From assembly GCF_964188315.1 (NCBI RefSeq), contig NC_135660.1:40796001-40860000 (forward strand): a stretch of DNA of 64,000 nt, in the 5' to 3' direction. Origin of the DNA: Podarcis muralis (Eukaryota). Below, piece after piece: positions 26,780-39,101 of the stretch. The notes beneath the pieces were generated by a model that had not been told where the DNA came from, searched no databases, and was given only the letters and a program-made list of their open reading frames with translations. Positions within the stretch are counted from its first letter, which is position 1; every line of letters starts with the position of its first letter. A program made the translations under genes and the position numbers.

Positions 26780-27075
26780 AGCACTTAAAAATTAAGTGTC
26801 AGAATCCAGGAAAGCTTGGGTGAATATATAAGTTTTCAAGAGGTGTTTGAAGGTGATTACCAGTACTTTTTCTACCTCAGCTAGCACCTGCAGGAGGGTG
26901 GGTGCTACCACCAAGAGAGCCCACTTCCACAATGTCACTCACGTGACAATCTCCTCAGAAGATCTTAAAGATTGGACTGGTCAGTACTGGAGAAAGTGGT
27001 CTCCAAGGGAACCTGGTCCCAAGGTGTCCACAGCTTTAAAAGTCAACAACAAAACCAGGAATAATGTGCATTTGA
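26780..27075 (-). mobile_element. Old L2 LINE fragment
   Basis: cctcagaagatcttaaag...cctggtcccaagg...gctttaaaagtcaacaac resembles antisense L2 ORF2 C-terminus (recalled consensus). Confidence 0.5.
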
Positions 27076-28030
27076 GGATAAAATGTGTTTAGAAGCATAT
27101 CCATTGAAATAAAATAGGTATTTAAAAATGTATTTTGTGGCAAGATGAGTGATAATAATATTTTAATATATTTTTGTGTGTTTTTAGTTTCTCATTGAAG
27201 GTACCAGTAAATGTGGGAATGGGACAGAATAGACATGCAAAATTGGCATTGATTTTAACTATAGGCTGATCTATGCCTCCCCCCCCCCCTTGCTATTATC
27301 TAAGCACCTACTGACTGGATTACTAATGTACTCCTAAAATAGCAAGCCTAAATGATCCCTTATTCTGAATTCAAGAAAAAGCACATCTGTTAAGCATTTT
27401 TTAAATACATGTGTTAACATGTATTCAAATTTATCCCACTGAAATAAATGGCACTTTAAAGTGCAATTTTATTGCATTATATTCTAAATGGGCAAAGTTT
27501 GATGGTCAGTTAAGATTCCATGAGACATATCAAGCACCATCGAGGAAGTGCACTGTATCTTAGCAATGTTGAAATTAATAAAAATCCTGCAGTGCCTATG
27601 CATGATTTCAGAATGTAATATTTCATTATTAGATCTTTTTAGACCCACATACAAATTCCATTTGCTTAATTCCATAACCATAAAATATCAGATATTGATG
27701 CCTTTGAATATTTGGGTTAAATGACTTTGCAAATGGAAAGAATCTTGGCTCATTTGACTGTACTTTTATCACTAGACAATAAAAAAAGGACACAGATAAA
27801 GGACCTGAAATACTTGGTGAACCATATTTGAAATATTAGTTATTTAGGGGTCATTTTCTCTTAACAGCCTCATTAACTATAATATGATTCATATAGCTCT
27901 TTACACCAGTCCAGTTGGGTGGGTGGGTGGGGGACCCTTTTGATATCTCTTAGAAATCTGTCAATACTAGGCTATGTTGTCACTTTACCAAATTGCAAAA
28001 GAGAAGACATTTTCACCATGTCTTCTGAGT

Positions 28031-28615
28031 TCAAATCAAATCAAATCCCTTTATTTGCATCGCAGTATAAAACATTTCAAGTCACTGGGATAATTAAAAG
28101 GAAAAGGGTGAAGCTGTTGAGGGTCATAAGGTCACACGGTGGTCATGTGCACTTAGATATTCTGCTTCTCCCTGTCTGTTTCCCGAAAGGATGGATCGTT
28201 GGGAAACCTTTTGGGTAAGATTGTGGCTAAAAAGGAGGCTACTAAAGCAGTGATATCTTTGTCCTGATCTGCCAGGAGAAACCTCATTTGACTTCTTCTC
28301 AGAGTTATAGGCCAGAAGTCCAACATTTTGCTCAGCATCAGTTGGCGAGGTCTGCCGTGTAAAGAGCAATCTAAGAGAATATGGTCCATTGAATCAGGTA
28401 CTCCTTGATTGCAGGCACACAAACGGGCTTGATATGGAGTATGTGAGAATGTGCCTTTGGGTGTCTTTCGATTTACTAACTACAAACCTTCCTCCTCTAG
28501 ATATGGCAGCTTTCATTGCTTTTAATTTATTTTTATGGATAATTCTTTGCAGCTTGCACAGGGCTCATTTTAAAGCAGAAGAGTTCCTCAACTCAGGTTT
28601 AACCAACGGATATAC
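28031..28615 (-). mobile_element. LINE 3' fragment with C-terminal CCHC zinc knuckle (RTE-X-like)
   Basis: ORF 28153-28422(-) and its upstream codons read PYQARLCACNQGVPDSMDHILLDC, a C-x-C...H-x4-C knuckle. It is followed by AATAAA and an (ATTTG)n tail at 28031-46. Confidence 0.7.
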
Positions 28616-29049
28616 TGTTAGGAGTTCAGCCTACACTTGAGTAGGACCCTGGTAGAGACACATGCCCGACCGGCATGTTCTCTCCCTCCTGGTCAATCAT
28701 TCAGGAGCTTCAAAAGCTTTCTTCAACCCGAACATCACAGCGACCAATGCCAACCAACACCGGCATACTTAGGGATCCGCAGAGTTTGCGCATCATGCGT
28801 AACAGAACTCAGCATTTTGGCTAATCTACTTTATTTACATATAAACACACACAGAGCACTGCAACATGGCTCCCTCTCTCTCTAGCATCAGACAGCAAAG
28901 AGAAAAAAGAACAAAGGACAATATTCCCACTTCACAGAACACAGTAACGCAAACATCCTGTTTCCATCACTTCCCACTCTGTGGAGTCATAACATATACG
29001 ATCATGTGATAGACAACACTGCAATCATGGAGCAGGAATTCTACAACCA
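28616..29049 (-). mobile_element. Probable solo LTR (Gypsy-like)
   Basis: TG...CA termini on the minus strand (TGGTTGTAG...CTCCTAACA), AATAAA at 28835-30, and an abrupt change in composition and CpG content. The TSD is not cleanly resolved. Confidence 0.6.
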
Positions 29050-31609
29050 TATGATAACCCAGGCAACACTGATCTGGAGGTCCTCTGAAGCTAAACTCTG
29101 AACCTTAAGCTCTGGAAGTGGCAAAATTTCTTCTCCACCTCTACTTATGGCACTTGGAGGTCTCTCGCCCGTTTACAGCACAGTGCCGGGAAGTGTTATT
29201 ACACTGGCAACAGGACCCCAGACTGGAAAATCAGGTTTGGATTAACACATACCACTCAGCATTTCTTTTCTATACATTTATACACTTCACCTTACAAACC
29301 CTTCTAAGAAAGAAAATTTGTATCATCTCAATTCAGGTTGTAAGTTTTACTTTAAAAGAAAAGTGTGCTACCAGTAGTGGTTTAGTATAAAACTGTTTCT
29401 CTGATCAATGAGAAGTCTTGACCTTTCATCCATGAGCAAAATACATTCTTTCACCACCTAGAGGATAATTTAATGGATGTGGAGATAACAAATTATCAGG
29501 GTGTTACCTATTGGAAAAACAATAGAGGAAAGGAAGGTTGTAATACCCAGACCATGTGCTCAAAAGTAATCCCTTTGGGTAAAGTAGTTTGAGTTTTCCA
29601 AACTAAGAAAGCTTGGCCAGCCGTGAAGAATACTAAATGAAATTGTTCTTTAACATAAACATTTGCACAATACTTATGAGACAGAAAAGAGAACCCTCCC
29701 AACTGAAATATGTTATTCATCTTATGAAGCAATAAAACTGTTCATATTTCAAGTTAGTGGAGTGCAAATATTGTTTACATTAGAAGCAAAGGCATCCATA
29801 TTGTTCGACAGGAAAATTTCCAAAATCTGCAATAGGGCCATAGCTTTATTATGGCAAACCAAAATGTCATGGAATAGTGAGCAAGTTTTTCAAACCTCCA
29901 GAGCTCTTCAACAGGCAAGGTCACAGTAGCCAGACTACAATTCCCATAAGTCCCAGCAAGCATAGCCAAAGATCAAGGATGATGGAAATTGTAGTCCAGC
30001 AATGTATGGAGGCCACCATGTTGGATATTCATGTGCTAGATGTTATGCAAAGTGGTAGGGAGTGGAGATGGCTTGGTGTTCAAGCCATAAAGTCTATAAT
30101 TGTCATAGTCTTAAGATTGAGTACAGTAACAGGTTGCAGATTTAGTTAGATGGGGCTCTTCTAGGTATTGTGCAGATTTCAGATTATACTTAGTAGATTA
30201 AAAAACAACAACACATACACCATGTGTTTGGAAGGAGCCATAGAACGTGCTTTGCAAGCAGATTGGCCTAAATTTACTCCTGGCTTCTTTAGTTTAAAAG
30301 AAGATCTCAACAGCTAGTCAGATATTCAGAATTAGGCTAGATGGACGAGTGGCACAGCAGCTTCCTATATTATTGATGATTATAATCATTGATGCTGAAA
30401 AGGTCTTAACTTTGGCTTGATTGTTCCCCTTGCCTGCTTGGCTCTGTTATAGAAAGTGACCATTCAGATTACAATAATATCTCCACATGGCTTCTTTCAC
30501 CTCTACTTTTTCTTCCCCATTGGCTGCACTGCCTCATTGGGAACTCCTGAAGTATCTATTAAAGCTGAGCATACTCCTGGCCTTTTGTCGAGATTGAATG
30601 CTTGCTGAAAATAGAATCAGATCTTCTCTCTGCCCACTGCCTCGCTTTCTGAGCTTCGGTCCCAAGAGGGCTAGTTTTTATGCTGCTGCTAGGACTGGGC
30701 AAAATATAAATTCATCACTTACTGCAATTCCTTGGCATCTGAAGTGAAATCTGTCGGGTGGGGGTGACCTCTTGCTAGCAAGCAGCACATCATGATAACA
30801 GTTCCAAAAAGATGACGAACGTTCCTACATTATAATCGCTTCCCCCTATAAAAGTAGTTTTTAATTTCTTTCTTCCCCCCGCATAAATGATCTTTGCATT
30901 TTCTTATTCACTGCTGAAGAAGCTTTCAGAACCATTTACAAGGTGACATCCCTCGCATAGCAAATGCATTGCAGGCCTCTTTTTATTAGCATACAAAATT
31001 CCACTCATCTTCCAAGATTTTCCCGCATGTCATTATTGCCTGTTCTTTAATACTGTCCTCACATACTTTACCATGTTGATGACCCTCCCCGTGTATTCAG
31101 TGCCACTCAATGCTGATTTGTTGATGATGTTTCTGCCATTACGAATGCTCGTGAAATACTTATCTTGCTGCTTGAAAACCAGTTAAGCCAGTACTAAATG
31201 GCAGGCCGGCCCCTATCCAAGGACAGGTTTGAAATGCATCAATAAAATAGCATTCTGTGCAGGGCAAGTAGGTCAAAGTTCTCCACATCTGCCTCATTTG
31301 CCTCTAAATATAAAGTGAATCCTAACGGATGTCATACTTTAGTATATTATTGCATCAGGCATAAGATAGACATCTCTGGACTGTAGCTTTGCATTGTGTA
31401 GGCCAATGCAGGGATTACACTCTGCTGCCAAAAACAACACAAGGGGATGAAATAGTCTCCCTACACTTGCTCTGGGAACTCTGAGTCTGGTCCTACTCTA
31501 TGTCTTTAATGACTGCCTTCACCAAATCATATTTGTTTCATTTAGATTATATGAAACTTTTAATCCCCATGATTAAATAACTGAAATGGATGATGAAGCA
31601 AACCTTTCA

Positions 31610-32008
31610 CTGAACATAGTAGGAAATTCTGAAGATAATATTTGGTTCTTTGTTTTCTTTTTGTTACATTTGCACTTTTCTTTTTGTAACACATCAATAA
31701 TTTATTTATTTTTTAAAGAAAGGAAAAACTGGATTTTGTCAAAGCTCTAACAAATACTTTTGGCTAAAAATTTTAAGCAATTTATCTTATATATGTTGTT
31801 TTCACTAATATATTCATTTTTATGGTCATTTCCTCCTAATATATGCATTTTTGTAAACATAATTTGGTTGAGGAACTGCATCACAAAATTAGGTAAATGT
31901 GACTTTTGAAGGAGGACTATGTTGCAACACTCATATGGCTTGGGAAAGTGCGAATTGGATAAATGCACCTTTAAATGGGAATAGAATTGAATTTCTCCCC
32001 CATCTCTA
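31610..32008. mobile_element. Old AT-rich non-autonomous DNA element, copy 1
   Basis: Shares gaactgcatcacaaaatt, cctttaaatg and gaatttctcccccatctctag in reverse orientation with 62972-63635. Confidence 0.6.
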
Positions 32009-32649
32009 GCCCAGAAACAGGTTTAGTGCTTCACCTACTATTTGTGTGAACAAGGTTTAAGAGAAGTACTCCGCAGAGAAAAGCAGCAAGAATCAAAAGT
32101 TTTATGTGGGTTATAGTGTATGGAAACAAAAAGCTGAAGAGAGGGAAGGGTGTCTAAAAGCCCTCCACACTTAAATAATAATAATGATAATGATAATAAT
32201 TCCTCAGTAGCAAGTATTACTTTTCTCAAGATTCTTTTACAAAAATTAATGTCTTCGATATGTTTTAATATTTATTAGCTGATTCATCAAACATTAACAA
32301 ATTCCTCTTGACTGCCTGTAGAGGTTAATGTGAAGCATATTCATACAGATAAAATGCTGTTCCAAGGTATGTAAATTATAGGAGTGCAATAAGTGCAAAA
32401 AGTGAGATATGGAAAATTCCACTGCATAAAAGGAAAAAAGGTGCCACTGCAAGCTACATTTGCATAGAAATTGTTGTACTTTTCTGATTATAACAGGGAA
32501 TAGTCTGAGATAACAAACACACAAACAGAATATATTTTTGAAACTGAAACTAGATTCTAGCATAACAGTGTTGCATTTTTTTTTGTCTACTACTTTAAAA
32601 TTTAAATTCAATCACTTTTATTTGCAATATTTAAATACAAAAGGTATCC

Positions 32650-32862
32650 TAGGTATAGATGGTGCTTGGATGAGCAGGCTATAGAACAAACTTGCTCATT
32701 TATTAGTGAAACCCTCTCTTGGAAGTGTCACTTGGAGGCAGTGAAAGTCAAAGCACAGAAAACCAAAGGGGCATTGATGAAGTTCTATTGCAATAAGGAA
32801 GGGCAGCTAATTGTACCTGCTCTAAAGATATTTGGTAGCAAAGTGCTTATGCAGAATATTTT
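32650..32862 (+). mobile_element. LINE reverse-transcriptase C-terminal fragment (RTE-X-like)
   Basis: ORF 32666 reads (W)CLDEQAIEQTCSF...SWKCHLEAVKVKAQKTKGALMKFY...PALKIFGSKV, resembling the region around and after the FKYLG motif of non-LTR RTs. Confidence 0.55.
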
Positions 32863-32962
32863 TCTCAGAAGCTATACTCTACCATCAGGAAGGTCAGCAG
32901 CTGTTCTTCATATAGAATTTGTGTGGCCAACAATTAAGGCAAGAGTGGATGATGCTCAGTTA

Positions 32963-32964
<2 letters not shown>

Positions 32965-33012
<48 letters not shown>
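32965..33012. repeat. (GT)n microsatellite
   Basis: Direct reading. Confidence 0.98.
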
Positions 33013-33014
<2 letters not shown>

Positions 33015-33061
33015 ACACACTATGTCTATTGAGCATTTTCCTACTTGGTGCAATATGGATT

Positions 33062-33426
33062 AAAGGTAAAGGTAAAGGTACCCCTGCCCATACGGGCCAG
33101 TCTTGACAGACTCTAGGGTTATGCGCCCATCTCACTCAAGAGGCCGGGGGCCAGCGCTGTCCGGAGACACTTCCGGGTCACGTGGCCAGCGTGACATCGC
33201 TGCTCTGGCAAGCCAGAGCCGCACACGGAAACGCCGTTTTACCTTCCCGCTAGTAAGCGGTCCCTATTTATCTACTTGCACTCGGAGGTGCTTTCGAACT
33301 GCTAGGTTGGCAGGCGCTGGGACCGAACAACGGGAGTGCGCCCCGCCGTGGGGATTCGAACCGCCGACCTTTCGATCGGCAAGCCCTAGGCGCTGAGGCT
33401 TTTACCCACAGTGCCACCCGCGTCCC
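33062..33426 (-). mobile_element. Sauria SINE, subfamily B (young)
   Basis: Nearly identical to 41415-41776 and 58945-59301. CpGs are intact and the tail is (ACCTTT)n. Confidence 0.95.
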
Positions 33427-34766
33427 CCTTGGATTGGGTGATAACAAATCCTCAAAACTCACCTGGCCCCATAGAGCTCAATCAACAGCCTCCCTTTCCA
33501 GAGGCCCCTCAATGGAGTTTGGAATGGGATAATTTACACAGGTGTAATTTATGTTGGCCTAAGTTATGCAGGCTTCCTATAGATTTGTTCTGTTAATCAT
33601 GCATATCCTGCCTTTCTATTTAAGAAATGCCCAACACAGCAAACAATCATTAATATGCTATACAGAATATCAAAGCCTAAACTATCAATATAGGGTAAAA
33701 ATCAACAACAGTTCATCAAAAATATTTCAGTAATCAGATAAATACAGATTTACACTAAAGCCATCATACAATCCCAAAGGCCAATGGAACATCACGGTAT
33801 TGTAGTATCCTATGCTCAGAAGTAAGACCCCATTACTGTAAATTATGGGGATTGCCCCAGTGTGCATCATTTTGCACTTACCCTGAATTTTACTTCCCTT
33901 GAAGGGAATGGGTTGGCCATGTGAGTGCCCTTTAACCTTTTGATGCCCATGATGCTGGCGAAACTGTCTTCCTCCATAAAATTATACTACTTCAGAATAG
34001 AAACTAGGTATGTCACCGTCTACCTTTGTAGCAGTTGATAATCACTACTATTGCTTGCTATTACTTCATTCCTGCAGCTACATTTTGCAAGAAATAAAAA
34101 GCTTTCCAAGAATGTCAAACCGTCCCTCTCTCCCACTGAGGATTTCAGGAGTGAACTACATCACAGCCTGAAAAGGCATTCACTGAAACTCACGCAGTTT
34201 AAGTCGTGCCAAAATGTGACATTGAGCAGTAGCATTCATAATTCATGTGGCATCATTAGCAGATTCTACAAGACATCCAAAGGCCATCATGTCAATGAAT
34301 AAAAATGTGTGGGTATTATTGATACCTGCCTCTATCTAAATGCATTTAGAAGTGACACAACACATCACTATAGTTACTCAGGAAATTAGCATAGGATAAA
34401 TTACAGCTTTCAGCTGACATGTGAGAGTGATCCTTGCCCATTTTCCTCACATTCAAAACATAGCTTTATTATTGTAAACAAAAATGCTTCAGCAAGATGT
34501 ATTGACAGTGCTTTAGCAATATTGTTTTAATTAGCAATTTATATTACAGTTGTTCAGTGCCCAGTATGCTAAGATTGTCTAGCCCTTTAGAATAAATAAT
34601 ACTGACCCAGTAACCTGATCTATTCCTATTTAGAACAGAACAAAATTGCCAAGCTAGGACCACAGTTATCAATATTTCATTCACACTCTTAGAGCTATCA
34701 AGCAGGCTCTGAACTGAAATCTGTTTAACTGCCAGGGGCACTGTTAGGCACTTTAAAAGCCTCAGA

Positions 34767-34965
34767 GACCAGTGTGCTATAGTGGTTAGAGTGTTAGACT
34801 AGGACCTAGGGGTCCAGGGTTCAAATCCCCACACAGCCATGAAACTCACTGCATTTCCTCAGGCAAGCTACTATCAGTCTCTCTAACCTACCTCACAGGG
34901 TTATAGAAAGGATACAATGGTGAGGAGGAGAAGCTTGAGCTCCTTGGAGAAAAGGGGGGATGTGG
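34767..34965 (+). mobile_element. MIR/Ther1-related SINE (old Squam3-like)
   Basis: ccagtgtgctatagtggttagagtg...ggttcaaatcccc head, taacctacctcacagggtt core. Confidence 0.75.
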
Positions 34966-35329
34966 CTGTAATAAAGAAACTCATATATGCTAATTTAGAT
35001 TTATTTAAGTCTCTGAGCAAATTGAAGTGGTGGGTGGCTGTGGTTTCACTGGCATTGTACTTTGCAGCATGGCCAGCAGATCTGCAAGCAAAGTTGTTTT
35101 TAAGTATAGTTGCACCTTGGAAGTTGAACGGAATCCATTCCTGAAATATACTCAGAGTCAAGAGTGAATTTCGTGCTTTTTATTCATGGTCTGCACGTGA
35201 TTGGCTAATTCGGGGATTCTCCTGTAGGCCAATCAGGTTGTGGATTCACTTCCACCTGGAGCTGGATTGGGTGGCTCCTGCAGACCAATCATACTGCTGC
35301 ATTTAGGATCCTATTCAACTCAGTACATA

Positions 35330-35551
35330 ACAGTTCCAGAAGGCCTTTCGACTTCCAAAGTGTTCAAAGCCAAATTGAGGCTTCTGATTGGCTGCAGGAA
35401 GCTCCTGCAGCCAATCAGAAGCCATGGAAGCCCCATCAGATGTTTGGCTTCCCAAAATAGTTCACAAAGCGGAACAGTCATTTCTGGATTTGCGACATTC
35501 GAGAGCCAAAACATTTGGGAGCTAAGCTGTTCAACTTCCAATGTACAACTG
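35330..35551. mobile_element. Partial Tigger-like MITE containing a 21-bp perfect hairpin
   Basis: Ends gtacaactg-TA. Arms ggcttctgattggctgcagga (35379-99) and tcctgcagccaatcagaagcc (35403-23) are exact reverse complements. Confidence 0.55.
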
Positions 35552-35700
35552 TATCTAAAAAGGAGGAGGAGGAGGAGGAGATCTGGAGATCAGAAGAAAA
35601 GCCCCAGGGCTCACACTCCACACCTCCGGCCACCCCTGACAATGCTCCTGCTTATGGCACACCCATTCAAAGTCCTACTTAGAAGCATTCAAATTCAAGG

Positions 35701-35893
35701 GAAAGGGCTGTAGCGCAGTGGCACAGCATCTGCCTTGCATGCAGAAGGTCCCAGGTTCGATCCCTGTTATCTTCAGGTAGGGCTAGGATACACACCTTGC
35801 CCGAAACTCTGAAGAGCCACTGCCAGTCAGTGCAGGCAGTACCAAACTAGGTGGATCAGTGAGTCTGACTCAGTATAACACAGCTTCCTGTGA
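35701..35893 (+). mobile_element. tRNA-derived SINE (Squam2-like)
   Basis: gggctgtagcgcagtgg A-box, ggttcgatccc B-box, body ending cagcttcctgtg. Confidence 0.85.
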
Positions 35894-36540
35894 TCTTTTC
35901 AGCATTACAGATTTCTGCATCCCAAGTTTTCAGTAAAGTTTATCATGTAAGCGGCTTTAACGAATACTTGAATTTCAACGGATGAGCCTTGCCAAAGATA
36001 CCACATTTGTTTGGGTAGTTTGCAAATTGTAAACTTACAATTTATTATATGTTAATCTTTCTTTATCCCCCTTCTCATTATGGCTTTCAATAATTATAAT
36101 AAATATACAATTGTGGATATGGTTTTAAGGCAGTCAAGATTAGCATCTTCCTTTCAAGAATCACAATTACATTGCTCAAAGATACTCACATTGTAATCAA
36201 TTATAATACAACTTCCACTGAAACAGTGTTGAACCCTAGCCATTTGCCCAATGCTCCAGCTTATGAAAGTTATTGTTGACTTTAAATTATGGCAGGCTTG
36301 ATATAAAAAAGACATTCATATGCAAAAGGGCAGAAGGTGAAACTAGTACTGTTATATGCGGGACTTTGGTGTGCATCTGTTTTTGCATTAGTATGCAGAT
36401 ACACATTTGTCCCTGCAAACTTCTGGTTTAGGAGAGGAGGGCAGGCTGCTCATCCTCAGTGTATCCAGTTCTGCAACTGTGTCTGTTTTTTTATTTCCTA
36501 TTTTTTAAAAAGAGATAACAACCAACAATTTTTTCAACAG

Positions 36541-36614
36541 AATTCTAAAGCAACAGAATACATCCCATCTTGACTTGTCTGCTAAAGAACTCCTGAACAT
36601 CTGCCACAGGATTT
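36541..36614 (+). CDS. Candidate 74-bp coding exon of an unidentified gene
   Basis: Acceptor caattttttcaacAG and donor TTT|GTGAGT. Only one frame is open: ILKQQNTSHLDLSAKELLNICHRI. No homolog recognised. Confidence 0.25.
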
Positions 36615-38394
36615 GTGAGTGTACATTCAGATCCTACAGAGTGTTGTCCAAGCCTATGGTTCTTTATTTTTATTGATTTTATGCAAAGCAGTGTAGTAAA
36701 CTGAACATTAAACAAACCAAAACAGAGCAAACCTGACCTCGTATTAATCATTGCACATCAACACATTTTAGGAATAACTAAAAGTGATTTGAGATAGCAA
36801 ACTTTGCAAAAAGGGTACCATCTTATTTATTCCCAAGTTGAGTAGTAGACTGTTGAACACCCTCAGCGGAAGTATTACTAAAGGATAAGAACGGGGTACG
36901 ACAGTGTATCAAATGCATCAGGTTTCACGTGACCCATGAAGCCTTTGGGTCTTTACGATCTCCCCATGTGAATGAAGACTGCGCCATTAGAGTGGCACAT
37001 CAACAACAAGAAGAGATACTGGAGAAAAGATTGGTTTCCAAGGAAGCTTCTCTGCCATTATTGACCTTCATATTGATAACCTTTCAAGGTAATCTCTGGG
37101 TTCCCCCAGAATGCAGTTTTTACTGAATGTACGCAATCCGTGTCTGACTTTCATCACTTTTCTTCTGATAAGAGGTCTCTTTCTTGAGCTTAGTAGGACA
37201 GAAATAGATTTTATCCCAAGCATTGTTTATGAACTCTTCACCTAATTATTTACTTATCTTAAATCACTCCTAGGAAAAGCTTCATTGCCCAAAGCCACTT
37301 CACTTGTGCAAACAAACTTAAAAAGTAATGTGTTGCTTTTTTCTTTATTTGAATAAAGTGCTTGGATCACCGACAATAAATGGCAGCTAGAAAGGGACGG
37401 GGTGGAGGGCCCACCATTCGTTAAATAATGTAAAACCTATCTGGTGTGTTGGGAGAAGATAAGGGCTGTTTATCAGAAAGACAGAATGATGGAAAGAGGA
37501 AATAAAAGCCAGCATAGCCATTCTTTGCACACTGCAAAACTGTGATTTTCTTGTACAAAGAAAGTATTCACAATTAAAACACCCTAATGCATTAATGAGC
37601 TCTGTTCCATCTGTTTGTAGAAAATTCACACAAGAAATGAATTAATTTCAACCTCTTGAATCATTTTTATATATTTAAGGCATGTGAACATCATGCAGGT
37701 ATATGGGGAGGGTGTATACCCACAATACGTACATGCACAATTATATACTTTCCAAATATTTCTCAGTGTAAAATGACAATGCTGCAATGTGTGCCTCTAT
37801 AGAATAAAACTGTGTAGATCTCTTTGTTCCTCGTCCATTCCACCATAACCCCAAAGCTCTTGTTTACCATTAAAGCCACTGCTTTTGCATCTTCTCAGAA
37901 TGAAAAACAGGGTTGGTTGGATGTCATCATCATATTTATGGCACCTTATTCCAAAGCCCCAAGGGGCAGTTTGATAGAAATATTAAAAAGCAATGGCGGG
38001 GGGGGGGGGGGGCTCTGTGGAGATCCATGGGACAGAACTCATAAAGTGTACTGAAGATGTATACTGCTGTTCTGTTCTGTTCCAGGGAGTGGTTCCAGCC
38101 GAATGAAGTTATTCTTCAAGTGGATAGGGTGCCAGACACAATATTGGGTTCTGGCAAAGGGAGCAAGGCAAAGTCGAGCACATCCAAGTTCAGGTTCCAG
38201 TAAGGCGATACCCAAACAAGATTCACATTCTAACAAGGCAAAGTTCAAGTAAAGACATGAAAGGCAAAACCCAAGCAAATCAGAAGGCAGATTCCAATAA
38301 GGCCAACACGAATGCTAATCCACACTTCTATTTATCCCATGATTTCAAGGCACAGGTCTGCGAAGCTTTTCTTTCATCCCACCACTTTCATCAG

Positions 38395-38535
38395 GATAAT
38401 AATAATAATTATCTATAGCTATAGCTATATGGCACCCATCTGACTGAGTCACCCCAGCCACTCTTGGTGGCTCCCAACAACAAAACTTTAAAAACACAAT
38501 AAAACCTCAAACATTAAAACCTTCCCTGTATAGAG
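38395..38535 (-). mobile_element. L2 LINE 3' end
   Basis: (AAT)n tail, then cccatctgactgagtcaccccagccactct, the antisense of the L2 end also seen at 52414-52480. Confidence 0.7.
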
Positions 38536-38974
38536 GAAACCCGCTGCTTACTGCTGAAACAGAATTAATGTCAATCAGCAGAAAACCCCATTGACGTTTG
38601 TTCCAATTCAAAAGTAAACAGTGGGTTTTCCTGGGATAAGTGACAAAGCAAAAGAAGAATCTCTCGAACCCATACCTGGAAATCGTGGAACAAATTGGGG
38701 TGTGGATGAGCCCCAAGCTAAACAGTAGCACCCTGGATAGCTCCCTGTGAAGCTCAGCCTGGAGAGTCATGCAGGCAGCTTCAACTGCTGCTTCAGTGAC
38801 AAATGGACACAGACGTAGCCTTAAACAGGGTGGCAGGTCTACCATCTTCAGTCTGAAAAGCCCCTTCAGTTAAAAAGGCCTAAGCTTCTCCGGTAGCCAT
38901 TGTCTCCAGCACAGGAAGAACACGACCCTGCTAGGTGTAACTTCCTTGGGCACCAGAGGTGCTGAAAAAATTAT

Positions 38975-39101
38975 AAAAATTCCTTCCAGTACCACCTTAA
39001 AGACCAACTAAGTTAGTTCTTGGTACAGTATGAGCTTTCGTGTGCATGAATTTTTTTTGTTTTGACTATGGCAGACCAACACGGCTACCTATCTGTAACT
39101 G
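38975..39101. mobile_element. Penelope-like element terminal fragment with 5' inversion
   Basis: 38975-39047 is the inverted ...cacgaaagctcatac...ttagttggtctttaagg segment. 39048-39101 is the forward gactatggcagaccaacacggctacc terminus. Both resemble squamate Penelope pseudo-LTRs (recalled consensus). Confidence 0.75.
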
